Both the position numbers and the translations under genes were made by a program. This document shows positions 25,645-39,659 of a stretch of 64,000 nucleotides of DNA, piece after piece. The first letter of the stretch is position 1; the number at the start of each line of letters is the position of its first letter. Source of the stretch: Eledone cirrhosa (taxonomy: Eukaryota); NCBI GenBank assembly GCA_964016885.1, contig OZ024743.1:268770001-268834000 (forward strand), in the 5' to 3' direction. The notes under the pieces were generated by a model. It saw only the letters and a program-made list of their open reading frames with translations. It had not been told where the DNA came from and made no database searches.

Positions 25645-27728
25645 GTTCTATTTAAATTGTTGGGATACAACAAGCAAATATTTTTATAACTGATATAAAG
25701 CACTCAACAAATAATTGGAGTAAAAATACGATATTAACAAATGGAAACTATATTTATAAAATCATATTTATTTCATTATACATATTTCAAGGACACCAAG
25801 TTAAATTATGGTGTGCTTTCATCAGATAAAATATAATAAGAGCAGTTTTATAAATAAATATTGACATACCCGTAAAGAATGCAACCATTACTGTTGGAAG
25901 CTCCCGGATAGTGGAGTTATATATTTAATTATACTATTAGGTAAGTTAGTATTGGATATTTTAAATAAGCCGTTGGGTTTCTAATAATAGAAATTTAAAA
26001 CCTAACCAAAATACCACTAATAACCCAAGCAATATCCAATTTGATAAATGTAACTGTAGAAATAAATCTAACTGTCGGTTAAATAACAATTGCTTAGCTA
26101 AAAATATAGTATATAAATTCATTTAATTATGTGGGATCCACTTCCACAGAGTTTAAATCCCGCTTCAATAATCATAAAAATTCTTTTACAGATCCAAACA
26201 AAAAAATCTTCAACTTCTCTATCTAGCTTATTATGGGACCTCAAACTAAAGAAGGTTGAATATTCGTTGATTTGGAATATTATTTCATAAGCTACTCCTT
26301 TTAACACCTCTTCAGAAAATTGTGATCTTTGTATAGAGGAAATATTCTTATATTAAAGACCAAAAATTCCATGAACCTAAGGAAAAATTTATTCAGTTGC
26401 TGTAGACATAGATTGAACTCAACGTTTAAATATAAATTTAAAATGTAATATATAATTAATTAATTAATTCTATTAATATATTGAACCTATCGATAAATCA
26501 TTAGATTCCTTCATTTTTTGACTGCTTATACACTCAAGTAAATAAAACTTTTCTTCCTAAATATAAATAAATATAATAAACTCTTCTAGAGATTTCTCTG
26601 AAAGCTATTAAAAGGGGAAAATATATTTTTTGATAGTTTCTCCTATTTTCGAAAGTTTATCTTTTGAAAGTTTCTTTTTCTTTCTCTTATGGATATGAAA
26701 TTAAGTTAAATATACGTAGAGAATGTTTATACTAAATGTATTAAACATATTATTATTTTGAAATTATAACTTGAAATATTCTATAATATTTTTTAAGTTA
26801 TATTGTTTTAAAGTTATATTGCTTATAATTATATTTCCAAATCGTAATATAATTATTTTGTATTTTATGTACTTCAATTATACTATGTACTGTATTTATA
26901 TATACGTCTCTCTCTATATGTGTGTATATATATGTATGTGTGTATTGATATACATATACATATGTTTTATGCGTGTATGTCTATCTGTATGTATATATAT
27001 ATATGTGATGCATATCTACCTATTTGTGTGGGTACATATATGTATGTATATGTGAGAATTGTGTATGTATATATATGTGTATATGCATACAATTCGATTG
27101 CACTTATTTATAGTGATTATCCCAAGGTTCGTGACAAATAAACATATAATAACAGTCATAATTACATAACAGGTAATCTTATAAAACTTATATAAAAAAA
27201 TTTGTTTAATAACATAAAGTGTGTATAACATAAAGGTTCCTTTAATATCTTAACAATTGTAACATTTATATAACTAAATAACGTAATTTTCCTTCACGCT
27301 GCTTTGATATTACATTGAAATGATTTTCTCTGATTTTATAAGATTCCTATATCTAAAATTAAAAAATCCTTTATATTTTGTATGTATATATTATATACGT
27401 AGTTAGATATGTATATATATTTTTATACGTGTGTATATATATTTATATGTATGTATTTTTGCGTGTGTATATGTGTTATATAATATATAGATTTTTAATA
27501 ATATAGTCTTAATAATAATATATAGATTTCTTAATATATAGATCTCAATATTTTAACTGATTAACTAAACATTTAATCATATTTAAACAATGGTTAAATT
27601 TCTCATATTATATATGTATCTTCCATTCATGATTATTAACATTTCTCATTTTATTTATTCATTTCATCTCAGATGTTAAGATAACTCAACAAGATATGAC
27701 TTAGAGTTTTCGCTCTCTCCTTTCTCTT

Positions 27729-27767
<39 letters not shown>

Positions 27768-28027
27768 GTTGTTCTGCTCTCTCTCATCCTCTTTCTCCGT
27801 AACCCAACGGCTTATTTAAAAATATCCAATACTAACTTACCTAATAGTATAATTAAAGATTATACTCCACTATCCGGGAGCTTCCAACAGTAATGGTTGC
27901 ATTCTTTAAGGGTATGTCAATATTTATTTATAAAACTGCTCTATATTATATTTTATTTGATGAAAGTACACCATAATTTAACTTGGTGTCCTTAAAATAT
28001 GTATAATGAAATCAATATGGTTTTATA
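25645..28027 (+). mobile_element. 5'-truncated Penelope-like element with inverted terminal repeat
   Basis: ~225-bp inverted arms at 25753-25978 and 27801-28027 carrying a hammerhead-like motif, with a GIY-YIG remnant between them. Confidence 0.85.
26043..26430 (+). pseudogene. Penelope GIY-YIG endonuclease remnant
   Basis: CNCRNKSNC...NIVYK-YVGSTSTEFKSRFNNHKNSF...TSLSSLLWDLK...WNII*...CDLCIEE...CCRH. Confidence 0.85.
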
Positions 28028-28588
28028 TGTAACCCATGTGCAACCACGCAGTATTCTTCTTTCTTCTCATGTTTTTTATATATATTTACCTCGGCTGCGT
28101 TTGTCTGTTTCTCTCTTACTGCTTCCCCGTTCTCTCTGTTTCTCTCACCTTCTTTCGCCCCCTCTGTCAGTTACACTTTCTCTCGACTGACCGCTTCCTC
28201 GCACTTCCACTCAATCACTCTCTGTTTCTCCCCTTCTCACTTCCCCCCGTTTGGCTTACAGTGGGTCTCTTTTTGCTTACATCTCACTCACGTCGGACGT
28301 CTGTACCTTTCCTGAAATGCACCCAGCTTATGCTGACCAGGACAACCATGTTGCTTGTTTTTTTTCCTTTCTTTGGTTTGCTTTTATCCTTCTATGTTGT
28401 TCACTTGTCCCCCTCGCTTTACGCGAGAACTGGTCCCAATAACTTTTTTCAGTTATTGCTCGCACCAACCTGAGGTATATGATTTTTAATGCGATGAAAT
28501 ACCAATAATGGTTGGAAAATCACTGACGAAGGACTATTTTTATCATATGTAACCCATGTGCAACCACGCAGTATTTTTCTTGCTTCTC

Positions 28589-28600
<12 letters not shown>
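28026..28600. repeat. ~520-bp unit bounded by a 55-bp direct repeat
   Basis: atatgtaacccatgtgcaaccacgcagtatt...ctcatgtttt at about 28026 and about 28546. Confidence 0.75.
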
Positions 28601-28666
<66 letters not shown>

Positions 28667-28689
28667 TGTATGTATATATTGTCGTCACA

Positions 28690-28875
28690 TGGTACCATGG
28701 GTCCAGTGCTGTGTCAATAATTGTCACAAGTGTAGTGTTTGTACCAGAGTTTTCAAGTCGCTGGCTGGACTAAAAAGTCACACTCGTTCAGCGCATTGGT
28801 AGGAGTTCGCCTACATGGATATAAAGTAGTGGCCGTACTCGAAAACGAGTTGGCAGCCACTATGTATATATGTAT
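28690..28875 (+). mobile_element. RTE-type LINE 3' end
   Basis: HKCSVCTRVFKSLAGLKSHTRSAHW* terminal C2H2-like finger, a short UTR hairpin gtggc...gccac, and a TATG-type tail. Confidence 0.65.
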
Positions 28876-29181
28876 AGGTGATGTGTAGATACATATTAGT
28901 GTGTCGTTCTTTAAATCTGTTCGACGTGTTACTCGTCTTCAATGAGATTTAGTTTTGTTTTTCAATTCTTATTGTTGTTATTGTTGTTATTGTTATGTTT
29001 TTTAAGATCCTGTTATCTGTCCGAACCATTAACGTGACTATAAATTAACACCGAGAATTGGAAGCAGGGTGTAAATAGGGGGCGGAAATTACTGTGCGGG
29101 TGTGTAATTGTATGTATGTATATATGTATATATGTAGATGCGTGTATGTAAGTAAACATATATCCGTGTATGTATGAGTTT

Positions 29182-29213
<32 letters not shown>

Positions 29214-29381
29214 GAGAGCGTAGTATATATATATACACATACGTATATATCTGTGTTTGTGTATATATGTGAGTATGTGTATTTGTGTATGTATATCTGT
29301 GTAGGTGGGTGTATATGGGAGTATTTGGTGAGAAAGAGGCAAGAGGAGATATGCTTGTATCAGCACCAGACCATACTCCTT

Positions 29382-29449
<68 letters not shown>

Positions 29450-29680
29450 TTATATGTCTTATATTACTTGTGATATCATTAATGTCCTTGTTATACATAT
29501 ATTGGTTTAGAATTGGATAGATAATAAAATACCAGTTTCATTGAGTGTCTGTGTCAGTATGTAAGTACACACACACATTTACACATGAATGCGTATACAC
29601 ACAACCCCCCCCCCCACACACACACACACACACAGACACACACACATATGTATATATAAATATATATGTGTGTGTGTGTG

Positions 29681-29945
29681 TGGAGGCACGTGGCCTAGTG
29701 GTAAGAGTGTTAGACTTACGATCATAATGTCGTGGGCTCGATTCCTGAGTTGCGTGTTGTGTTCTTGAGCAAAACACTTCATTTCACGTTGCTCCAGTAT
29801 ACTCAGCTGAAAATGAGTACCAGCAAAAGCTGGAGGTTTAACCCTGCGATGGACTGGCGTCCTGTCCAGGGGGGGAGTCTTGTCGTCTCAGTCGCTTCAC
29901 GCCATGAAACCGGGATAAGCACCGGCCAAATGAGCCTTCTGGCTT
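29681..29945 (+). mobile_element. tRNA-derived SINE with V-domain-like core
   Basis: A box tggcctagtgg, B box ggctcgattcc, and core ccctgcgatggactggcgtcctgtccagggg. Confidence 0.75.
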
Positions 29946-30067
29946 AAGAAAGTGTATATATATATATACACTTCGTTTTTTAATTTGTTTTGCAAAATTT
30001 CTTATCTGAAAACATGTGTTGAAACAGATATTGTTATACTCTGGGAGGGTCATGTTGCCAATAAAAT

Positions 30068-30406
30068 CACACGCACCTGTTGGTTTTCACTTCAATTCTT
30101 TACGAATTTCCGTTTGAGTAGTTCAATAACTGGATGGTATTTTATTTATTGTCAAAGCTCTTCTGTCACACATTCTGTGACCTCCTCAATGACTGATTGT
30201 TATTTTGTGTCTCTAATTTGTTCTGTCCTATAACATCTGGTTTGTGTGTAGGGCAGAACAAAGTAGAAACACAAATTAACAAATCAGTCACTGAGGAGGT
30301 TATAGGATGTGTGACGAAAGTGGTTTGACAATAAATAAACAACCATGCGGTCATTGAACCAACCAAAATTTGTAATAAATTGAAATGAAAATCACAGGTG
30401 CCTGTG
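30068..30406. repeat. Diverged ~340-bp palindrome with minimal hammerhead (30287-30329, plus strand)
   Basis: GUCA-CUGAGGA-g-GUUAUA ggaug UGUGAC-GAAA-gugg-UU-UGAC, then AAUAAA. A mutated mirror copy lies in the left arm. Confidence 0.75.
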
Positions 30407-30499
30407 TTTATATTGAGAGCATTATATATATATAATGATATATATATATATAATGATATATATATATGTATATATATATAATGATATATATATATATAA

Positions 30500-30602
<103 letters not shown>

Positions 30603-31207
30603 ATTATATATATATACCCGCTTTTGATATGGTATCGTATGCTTGAGCCTTCGTGCCGTATAATTAATACACTCACCAACCACCCACAGCCCCACCCCCA
30701 CCCACCCACACACACATACATATGTATGCGTGTGTGTATATATACATTTGTTTATTTACTTATTTACATATGTGTATAAAGACAACGAGAAAAAATAACA
30801 CGGGAGAGAAAGCTGTTAAATTATGATATATGTTAATTTAACGTTTGATATAGTAGGGAAAGATCCTTAACCGCCGTTAGAAATTGATTTGAAATTAGAA
30901 TGACAGATACAATGAAAAAATAGCATAAACGGAAGAAAGAAATGGTAAAACAGACAAGAACTTTAGAAGCAAGTGTGAGCTTAGTCAACCAATATTCGTA
31001 TATATATATATATATATGTAGATAAATCTACCAAAATATACGGTAGTGTCTAATCCGTATGAAGAACTCAATGTAATCCAAATATCATGAAAAGAGAAGA
31101 TGTATTCAAAATTTTTTTCGATGAAAAACACAGGAAAACAGAGTCAAGATAAATTAATAAAAATAATGAATAAAAACAAAGAAACAGTTCCTTATATTAA
31201 AAAATTC

Positions 31208-31339
31208 ATCATTTTACGATCGTTTCTAGGATATATGTGTGTGTTGGTATGTATATCATATAGATCTATGTAAAATTTTTACAAACTATCAGAGGGAATA
31301 TACATACCTACACATATATATGCTGTCTTCAGAAATAAT
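31208..31339 (-). ncRNA. Type I hammerhead motif with ~100-nt stem II
   Basis: AUUAUUU-CUGAAGA-[99 nt including GGUAUGUAUAU/AUAUACAUACC]-GAA-ACGAUCGU-A-AAAUGAU. Confidence 0.7.
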
Positions 31340-31525
31340 TGTTTCTACTTTTGGCACAAGGCCAGCAATTATTCCAGTGCATTACTGGTACTTTATTTTA
31401 TCGACCCCGTAAGGATGAAAGGCAAAGTTAACCTCGGCGGGATTTGAACTCAGATCATAAAGGGAGGTAACTCTATGCTTCAAAGCATGGCGTCCGACCC
31501 TTACCGATACTGCCAATCCACCGCC
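31340..31525 (-). mobile_element. tRNA-derived SINE with 10-bp TSD
   Basis: cagaaataat at 31330-31339 and 31526-31535 flanks a full-length copy. Confidence 0.85.
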
Positions 31526-31639
31526 CAGAAATAATGATATTTGTTTATTGAAAAAAACCCAACACAGATTTAATATAATAGGTCTGTTTGGGAACAGGTT
31601 TTGAATTGACCAATAGAAAGGTAGTAAGTGGTCATTATT

Positions 31640-31675
31640 TCTCCTGGTGAAGGACTAGCGTCCGAAACGTCAAGA
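31640..31675 (+). ncRNA. Minimal hammerhead motif, mutated (A6 to G)
   Basis: CUGGUGA-a-GGAC uagc GUCC-GAA-ACGU-C-AAGA. Confidence 0.65.
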
Positions 31676-31756
31676 TCCTCTTCCTGCTATTTCAAGGGTT
31701 AACCTAATATATTACTTCCATATAGTGTACCGATTGTGTCAGTATTTCTGTTTACC

Positions 31757-31823
<67 letters not shown>

Positions 31824-31875
31824 TATATATATATATATATGCATATATATATATATATGTGCATATATATATATA

Positions 31876-31915
<40 letters not shown>

Positions 31916-32043
31916 TATATATATATATATATATGCATATATATATATATATATATATATGCATATATATATATATATATATATATATGCATATATATAT
32001 ATATATATATATATATGCATATATATATATATATATATATATA

Positions 32044-32085
<42 letters not shown>

Positions 32086-32127
32086 TATATATATATATAT
32101 ATATATATATGCATATATATATATATA

Positions 32128-32440
32128 TATTGTTATATTTGGGGAGGGTCATATTTGCGTAATATTGCCAGAATTAATAACAGAACACACTCACTGTTTG
32201 GTTGGTTTTCGCTTCTCGCTGTCTTTTATATATATATATCTGCGATCTAACTTACTCGGTCCTCAATGTTGCCATTGACTGACCGGCGGTCAAAAATAAT
32301 ACAGATACAATATAGACAAACACATATATATATAGTTTACATAAATCTTTCGTTGCACATCTGCAACATCGTCAGTGGTGTTATATTCATTGTTCCTCCT
32401 GTTGTGTTGTATGTCTACGCCATTTTTTTTTGTTCAGTCT
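32128..32440 (-). mobile_element. Copy of the PLE terminal-repeat family of 61403-62610, within long (TA)n/TGCA arrays
   Basis: Clear similarity to 61403-61700. Hammerhead motif on the minus strand at about 32338-32380. Confidence 0.8.
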
Positions 32441-32455
32441 CTGTATATATATATA

Positions 32456-32639
<184 letters not shown>

Positions 32640-32646
32640 TATATGC

Positions 32647-32729
<83 letters not shown>

Positions 32730-32777
32730 TATATATATATATATATATATATGCATATATATATATATATATATATA

Positions 32778-32818
<41 letters not shown>

Positions 32819-32985
32819 GGATATGTGTTCCTTCACGCACAAGGCGCTAAGGGACGCATGTATTGTCTTTACTTCGGCCCTTGAAAAAATTGATTCCACT
32901 TCATTCACTCTCATCTCAGGAACAGTTTTGATAGCGCTAGTTCGTAATTTAAATTCAAGAATTTTATATTCTTCGAATGAAAAGA

Positions 32986-33068
32986 ACCTTCTGACGAGAA
33001 TCTTTCTTTGCAACGAAGGCCGTATGGTCTCCGTTTATTTTTGGGATTCGAAACCGATCGGTAAAGGT
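32986..33068 (+). ncRNA. Type I hammerhead ribozyme, canonical core
   Basis: ACCUU-CUGACGA-GAAUCUU...GGGAUUC-GAA-ACCGAUCGGU-A-AAGGU. Confidence 0.85.
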
Positions 33069-33135
33069 AACTATAGTAGGTAAAGTCAATTTTTTTTAAT
33101 TTATTTTGAAACTTTTTCATTATTTGCTAAACCTT

Positions 33136-33210
<75 letters not shown>

Positions 33211-35621
33211 CGTGTCTGTCCCTGTAGATCTGTGTATGTGTGTGTACGTGTGTGTTTTACAGCCGAAGAGTAAAGGGGGGAATAGTATATAAAACCAAGC
33301 AACTTATCTAAGAACAAGTAATAAAGTGATAAAAATATTCAATGTGCTTATTCTGAGACCTTACTAAGTCTGTGAAGTATAAATGTGTATATATATATAT
33401 GCATATGTATGTATATATGTGTTTGTATGTTTGTGCGTGTATATATACATATAGATAAACATACATACATCCTTATGACATACCGTTCCAGCCAATCATC
33501 ACCTTTCAGTAGGTTGTTCCGGTAGACTGTTTACTGGGGAACGGTGACACGTATACACATGTCTCCCTTGTATATTTTATCAAAGAGGCGTGGTGCTTGG
33601 CTTTGCCTGAGAAAAATGGACTAGCCACTGCTCATACTACTACTAACGTGCAAACTATGTTGTTATTCGTTGATTTTGTCGTTGTCGTGATTGTGGTTGG
33701 GGTGGGTACTCACACTCGGCTCTAATCGAGGAATATTTTTATCAATGATATTTTATCTGCCAGTGAAAACGCATGGCTTCATGGTTTATGTTTTGAGCAC
33801 ACAATCATAAGATGGAGAGTTCGATTGCCGGTCTGTCTGTTAGTTCATTGAGAAATGTATTTTATTTCGCGTTACTCCAATCCGTTAGTCTGGAAAAAAT
33901 GAGGGTCGACATAATTGGTGCCAAGTTGTATCAACCATTACATTTTCCTTTGTCATTATCGAGGCTGTGAAGGGAGACTTGCAGGCCTTGGAATATGCTG
34001 GTCTGTCACACACAAAAAAACAACTTGTTCAGGCGTAGATTGTGGAGAAGTAGCTATAGAGCAAACCCAAGATCAGTTACTCAATACTACTCCAATCTTT
34101 ATAAGAGTCGTATTGACTTAAAATTGCTGTGGCTGCTATTTCATCATCATTGTAACCAGGTTCCAACGAGGTTCCTTTTAAATCGGGTCCTGAATGCTTT
34201 CAAGACGGAAGACTAGCAGTTGTTTGAATTTATCATTATCAGATGAATTGTTGAATTGGTAGAGTCGTTAGGGTTAGGGTTAGGGCCTTGGTATTTGTTT
34301 CTGATCGCTGTGCTCTGAGGTCGAATCTCGCCTACGTCAAATTTGGCTTTCTTATCACGTGGTCGACAAATGAATTACCAGTTTAATACAGAGGTTGATT
34401 CTTCTTCTGTCTCTTCATCTCACTCCCTCACACACATTCTATCCCTCGCTCATCATCTCCTTAAATGTTCTTGAAAACAAAAACGGGCTGTGTTTCATAC
34501 GGAGAGGAATATACTTCGGCGAGTGTAAAACTCCTAAGATTCGATGAGGAGTTAAGAGAGTTTTACATGTTTTGTTATCCTCATGAGTTCCACACGATCT
34601 TCATGCGTAGGTGTGCATCTCTGTCTGAATATTACTGGATATATCTGAATATGAATCTGTAAGTATGTGTGTATGTATATATGTATATATTTTGTATGCA
34701 TGTATTTATGTATATGTGTATAGATGGATGGATTGATGGTTAAATGGATAGGTGAATGGATAAAAATAATGTTGATCTCAGTGGAATTTGAACTCAGAGT
34801 GCAGAAAACCGAAACAAATAACTTGAGGCATTTTATTCGGCGTCCAAACGACTTTACTTTGTGGGCTTTATACTTTCAAGTTACGTTAGTGTCTTGGTCA
34901 TACCATATTGAGGTATCATATTATCATATCATCATCTTTAGAACACATGACAGAGTTGCACTACGAGAATGAGTAAGGACATTTTTGGAAAGAATATTAG
35001 TTTATTGTAAACGGCTACAACACAAGGTTGACGTTAATATATTCAAACAAATTGTGCATGGAAGCTGGTCCCTAGGGGTTTATATACCCAATTTTGTCAA
35101 TTATGTAACCGTCCAGACTGCGTTGCGGGAGCTTACCTAAAGCTAACATAGATTCACAATTAAAATTCGCACAACGCCTTGCAAAACGATCGATTCTAAG
35201 AAAAGGAAGTGAGTAAATGGACGAAGGTTATAGCGGACAGGACTGCTAAGATGTGAAGGGGAAATGATGTAGGTTGAAATAATTCGGGAATAAATATGTA
35301 ATTGTGAAGGAGTATATATATGGATCTGTCTATGTGCCTGTATATGCGTGTTTGTGTCTCCGTGTATTTGTGCATGTATGTATATGAATATGTCGGTGCA
35401 GCAAAGTTATTATATGGGAAATATATTTCATATGTATGTATATTTGTATGTATGATGTATGTATGTTTGTATGCATGTATTTATGTTTGTATGTATGTAC
35501 GTATATATGAATGTATATATGTATGTATGTATGTTTGTATGTATGTTTGTATGTATGTATGTTTATGTGTATGTTTGTATGTATTATGCATGTATGCATG
35601 CATCTATGTGTATATATGGGG

Positions 35622-35663
<42 letters not shown>

Positions 35664-35762
35664 GTGTTGTAGGGGGAGGGTTGTAAGAGAAAATGTGTAA
35701 GTCAGAATGAAAGAAGAAATAAATAAAGGCAAGAAATAAAGAAGAAGAAAAAGAAGAAGACC

Positions 35763-35794
<32 letters not shown>

Positions 35795-37659
35795 ATTAAG
35801 TATCAAAGAGAAAGTATGAAAGATCCTTAAAGGAACAGAGAGATAGAGGAGAGGAGAGGGAGGGAGAATGAAAGAGACAGATAGAGAATGAAAGGTTGAC
35901 AAAGATAGAGAGAGATGGGAGTAGAGCGAGTGGGTGTAAAAGAATTAGAGAGAGAGAGAGAGGTGTGAAGTAAAATCCATATTATGTTCAGTCGGACGTT
36001 GATTTTATGGGGAACACCGGGTCCTTTATCTTAAGATTTCGTGTATTTTAAAGGTTCTTTAATTCCTCCTGAAATCTGTGGTCAAGATATATTACTGCTA
36101 GATTATATGGAGACGATACAGCTGTTACAATCTATAATGGTCCTCCGTCGGTATTGACGCTGGGTAGTAGATCCAATTGCTCGAACAACAAACAGCTTGA
36201 TCATCGTATTAATGTGCAAGTGGCTGAGCATTCCATAGACACAACACATGTACAATTATTGTAGTGCTAAACTAGATTAAGCATGAGGGGGAGGGAGACA
36301 ATATTGGGCCTTTAAATTACAGTTAAAACTCATTTCGTTTTCCAACTGCGTGGAGTGGAGCAACGCACACCACTGGGAATCGAGCTTACGACTGTACGAT
36401 CGTGACTCGAACGCTCTAATTATTAAGCCCTGTGGCTTTACGATATGCTAATATGTGTGTTGGACCTCCGTCGGTGGTGACGCCAGGTGGTGACGCTATT
36501 TGTTCATATAGCAGAACTGCCTGATCAGGATATGAGATGTAAGTAGCTGAACATTCTACAGATATAACACAGTACTATTAACACAGTACTTATGTAGATT
36601 AAACGTGACACGGTGTGTGACAAAATTGTCATATTAAGTTAGAGGGACAACTCATTTTTTCCATCTGACTGAACTGGAGCCTATCGCCTTAATCGCTAAG
36701 CCATGTTCCAGTGTATTAGAACTCAGTGTTCTAGTTGATTTGATCAAAGGAACAGCCTGGGCTCCGCCAGGTTTTAAAGAAGCTGTAGAAACGCCGTGTG
36801 TCAATACGGTGTCCCTACGACTCTCTCGGGGAAAAGTTACGGGACCATACATACTTACAATACGTACCTGATCGTCTGGGAATATTAGACTAGATGGGCT
36901 GTTTTTATATCATGTTGGATATAAAATTATATTAACTTCCTGCAATGAAACACACAAGAATTCAGAGGAATTTGAAACTTAAACTTAGGACAACTAATTT
37001 ACATAATAAGGGGGACAATTTCAAGTTACATTAACTGTTCTTTTAACGTTAGTGTGTGAATAACATATAAACCTCCTCTTGTACTTGTAACTCCTAGGGA
37101 GTCGTTGGGGCTAGCATGGTAACATATAGTGTGCCATCTGCATCTTTTAAACCTGGCTGGTGGAGACATCTCCTCCCCAGGTCTAAATACAGCAGATTTC
37201 TTCCAGAGGAGGATAGAGCATGTGAGAGAATGTAATTGAAAAGGAGATCTGATTATACTTAGATATCTGGCAAGTTACATCTACTGAATACTCATACAAT
37301 GATTTTAGACATCATTAAACCAAGTCTGTCCAACTGATTGGCCCAAACTCACTTATTGTTACACTAGGCTCTAGCATGAAAATTTGATATTTCTTTTTTA
37401 TTACCCCATTAACGGAACCAAAACATATTTCTGCTATATTTGAGCTAATAAATAGACAAGAGAAGCCCATGCATTCACCCCCTTTTTCTTGTTATCCTTA
37501 TACCGTTTTAATACTAATATCTCCGAGAATAACACAGACAAATTTGCTCATGTCTAAATGAAGATCTCATTCTAAATCTCATCATAACATAAACTATGAC
37601 ATAACGTTTCAGAGAATGATAGAAAGTGATAGGGAAAAAGTGAGAGTGTGATATACAGG

Positions 37660-38125
37660 AAGAATCGATCCCAGTACTGGACTGGTACTCTACTTATCGA
37701 TCGCGATATGGTGAAAGGAAATTTGACTTCAACAATATTTGTACTCAGAGTTCATCGAGCCTGAGCCAATATCATAAATCTACTCCAATTTCTAAGGACT
37801 GCCAATTCACCGCTCATAATTATATACCATTCATGTAAATATTTCTACATCTACTTGGTGATTTTCTCATCAGTAGTTTGGTAAATACAGTTATATCTGT
37901 TTTTGCCTGGGATGTTTAATAAGATTGATACGTTTCCAAAGTTGCCCTCCGTACTTGCTGAACTGATCATTTATTCTTCATCGTATAAGTATTTCTAGGC
38001 GGCGAATTGTCAGAGTCGTTAGAACGTTTGATAAAATGCTTACAGTATTCTTTCTGACACTCAACAAATCCCGTTGAGATTAATTTTATCTTTTATCCTT
38101 TCGAAGTCTATAAAAAGGTACCTGT
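37660..38125. mobile_element. Two degenerate SINE copies (37660-37815 minus, 37998-38125 plus)
   Basis: ctgccaattcaccgc / ggcggcgaattgtcagagtcgttag heads and remnants of the central domain. Confidence 0.55.
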
Positions 38126-38299
38126 ACAGTCTTCCTCACTTCCTCTTTATAGTTTTCCTCCTCCTTCCCTCGAAGAAAGCAGCTGCGTTTAGACATGGCT
38201 AGGGATGGGCTCCCTCAGGTATAAAATACCTAATGCATGTTGTATATTCCTGCGGTGACTCTACGATTTCACCGGAAGTTGCGGGTCTATACATAATTA

Positions 38300-38498
38300 T
38301 AAGATTCGGCTGAAAAGTTCATCGGCTAACCAAGCTACTTTCATCTAATGACCAAATGAGGTTTATTTCTCAACATAGTCTCTGAAAATAAACAATGCAG
38401 TTATTAATAAAAAATAGTTGAAATTAATACTTGCAAGATTACACATGCCTAGCATTCATACTTCAGAGTCAGCATATGAACTTTTCTGCCAACCCTCG
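38300..38498. mobile_element. mariner-like MITE
   Basis: gctgaaaagttcat / atgaacttttc...ccctcgta. Homolog at 59534-59705. Confidence 0.65.
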
Positions 38499-39129
38499 TA
38501 AGTATATTAATTATATATTTGACGCTTACTCCATTGAATATGGCGTAACTCTGACGTAACAATTAATAAACAAAAACCTATCCAGTAATGAGAATACGAA
38601 CTAACTCTTTCTTTACATCGATAACAGTGGGCAGTGTCATTATTTTAATGATGGCCATCAGCTTAGCTTCCTACACATACATACACACATACACTCACAT
38701 ACATACACACATATATACACGCTCCCAGTAACATAATTGCATACATATACGCCCACACACATTCACATACATACACAAATATTTACACACACAGACATAT
38801 TCATACACGTAAACACACAAAATTATACATGCATACACATACGCACACATAGTTACATATACGTCTACATATAGCACATACCCCTGCACATCTCAAACAC
38901 ACTTTCTCTCACACACGCACATGCTCAAACACATACATGTACATGCACACGCAAATACTCACATATCCTCACATACTCTCTCACACACGTAAATACATAC
39001 ACACATGCACACGCACACATGCACACACATACATGCACTGATAAATTCACACATATACACATACAAACATGCATTTTCATTCACATTTACTTTAATGATA
39101 ATATCATATCAATAACCCCCCCACACACA

Positions 39130-39627
39130 CACACACCATTACTCCATTAATAGTGTATCAGCATCATCATCACCATCATCACCACCACCACCACCATCAT
39201 CAACATCATCATTATCATTATCATTATCATCATCTTCATCATCATCATCATCCTCATCATCACCACCACCACCATCTTCATATTTCTCACCATCACTGAC
39301 GTCACCATTTTCATCGGTATTTTCATTAACGATCACCATCATTGCCCTCCTTCCTCCTTCAATCGTCCACTACCACGTCCTCATCCTCATCCTCATCAGC
39401 ACCATTACTATCAGAATCAATATTATCATCATTAGAATCATCATAATGATAAGAAAAAGAATAATCATAACTAGGAACATCTTCAACATCGTCATCATCC
39501 GCATTATCATCATCATCATCATCATCATCGTCACCTTCTTCTTCTTCTTCTTCTTCTTCTTCTTCTTCTTCTTCTTCTTCTTCTTCTTCTTCTTCTTCAA
39601 CATCATCACCCTCATCATCATCATCAA

Positions 39628-39659
<32 letters not shown>

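Noticed and set aside
28720-28800. Host C2H2 zinc-finger gene
   Set aside because: A single finger followed by a stop, a short hairpin UTR and a simple-repeat tail fits an RTE 3' end better.
29681-29760. tRNA gene
   Set aside because: A and B boxes are present but there is no cloverleaf, and the sequence continues into a SINE core.
34268-34285. Telomeric (TTAGGG)3
   Set aside because: Only three units, inside a degenerate SINE head.
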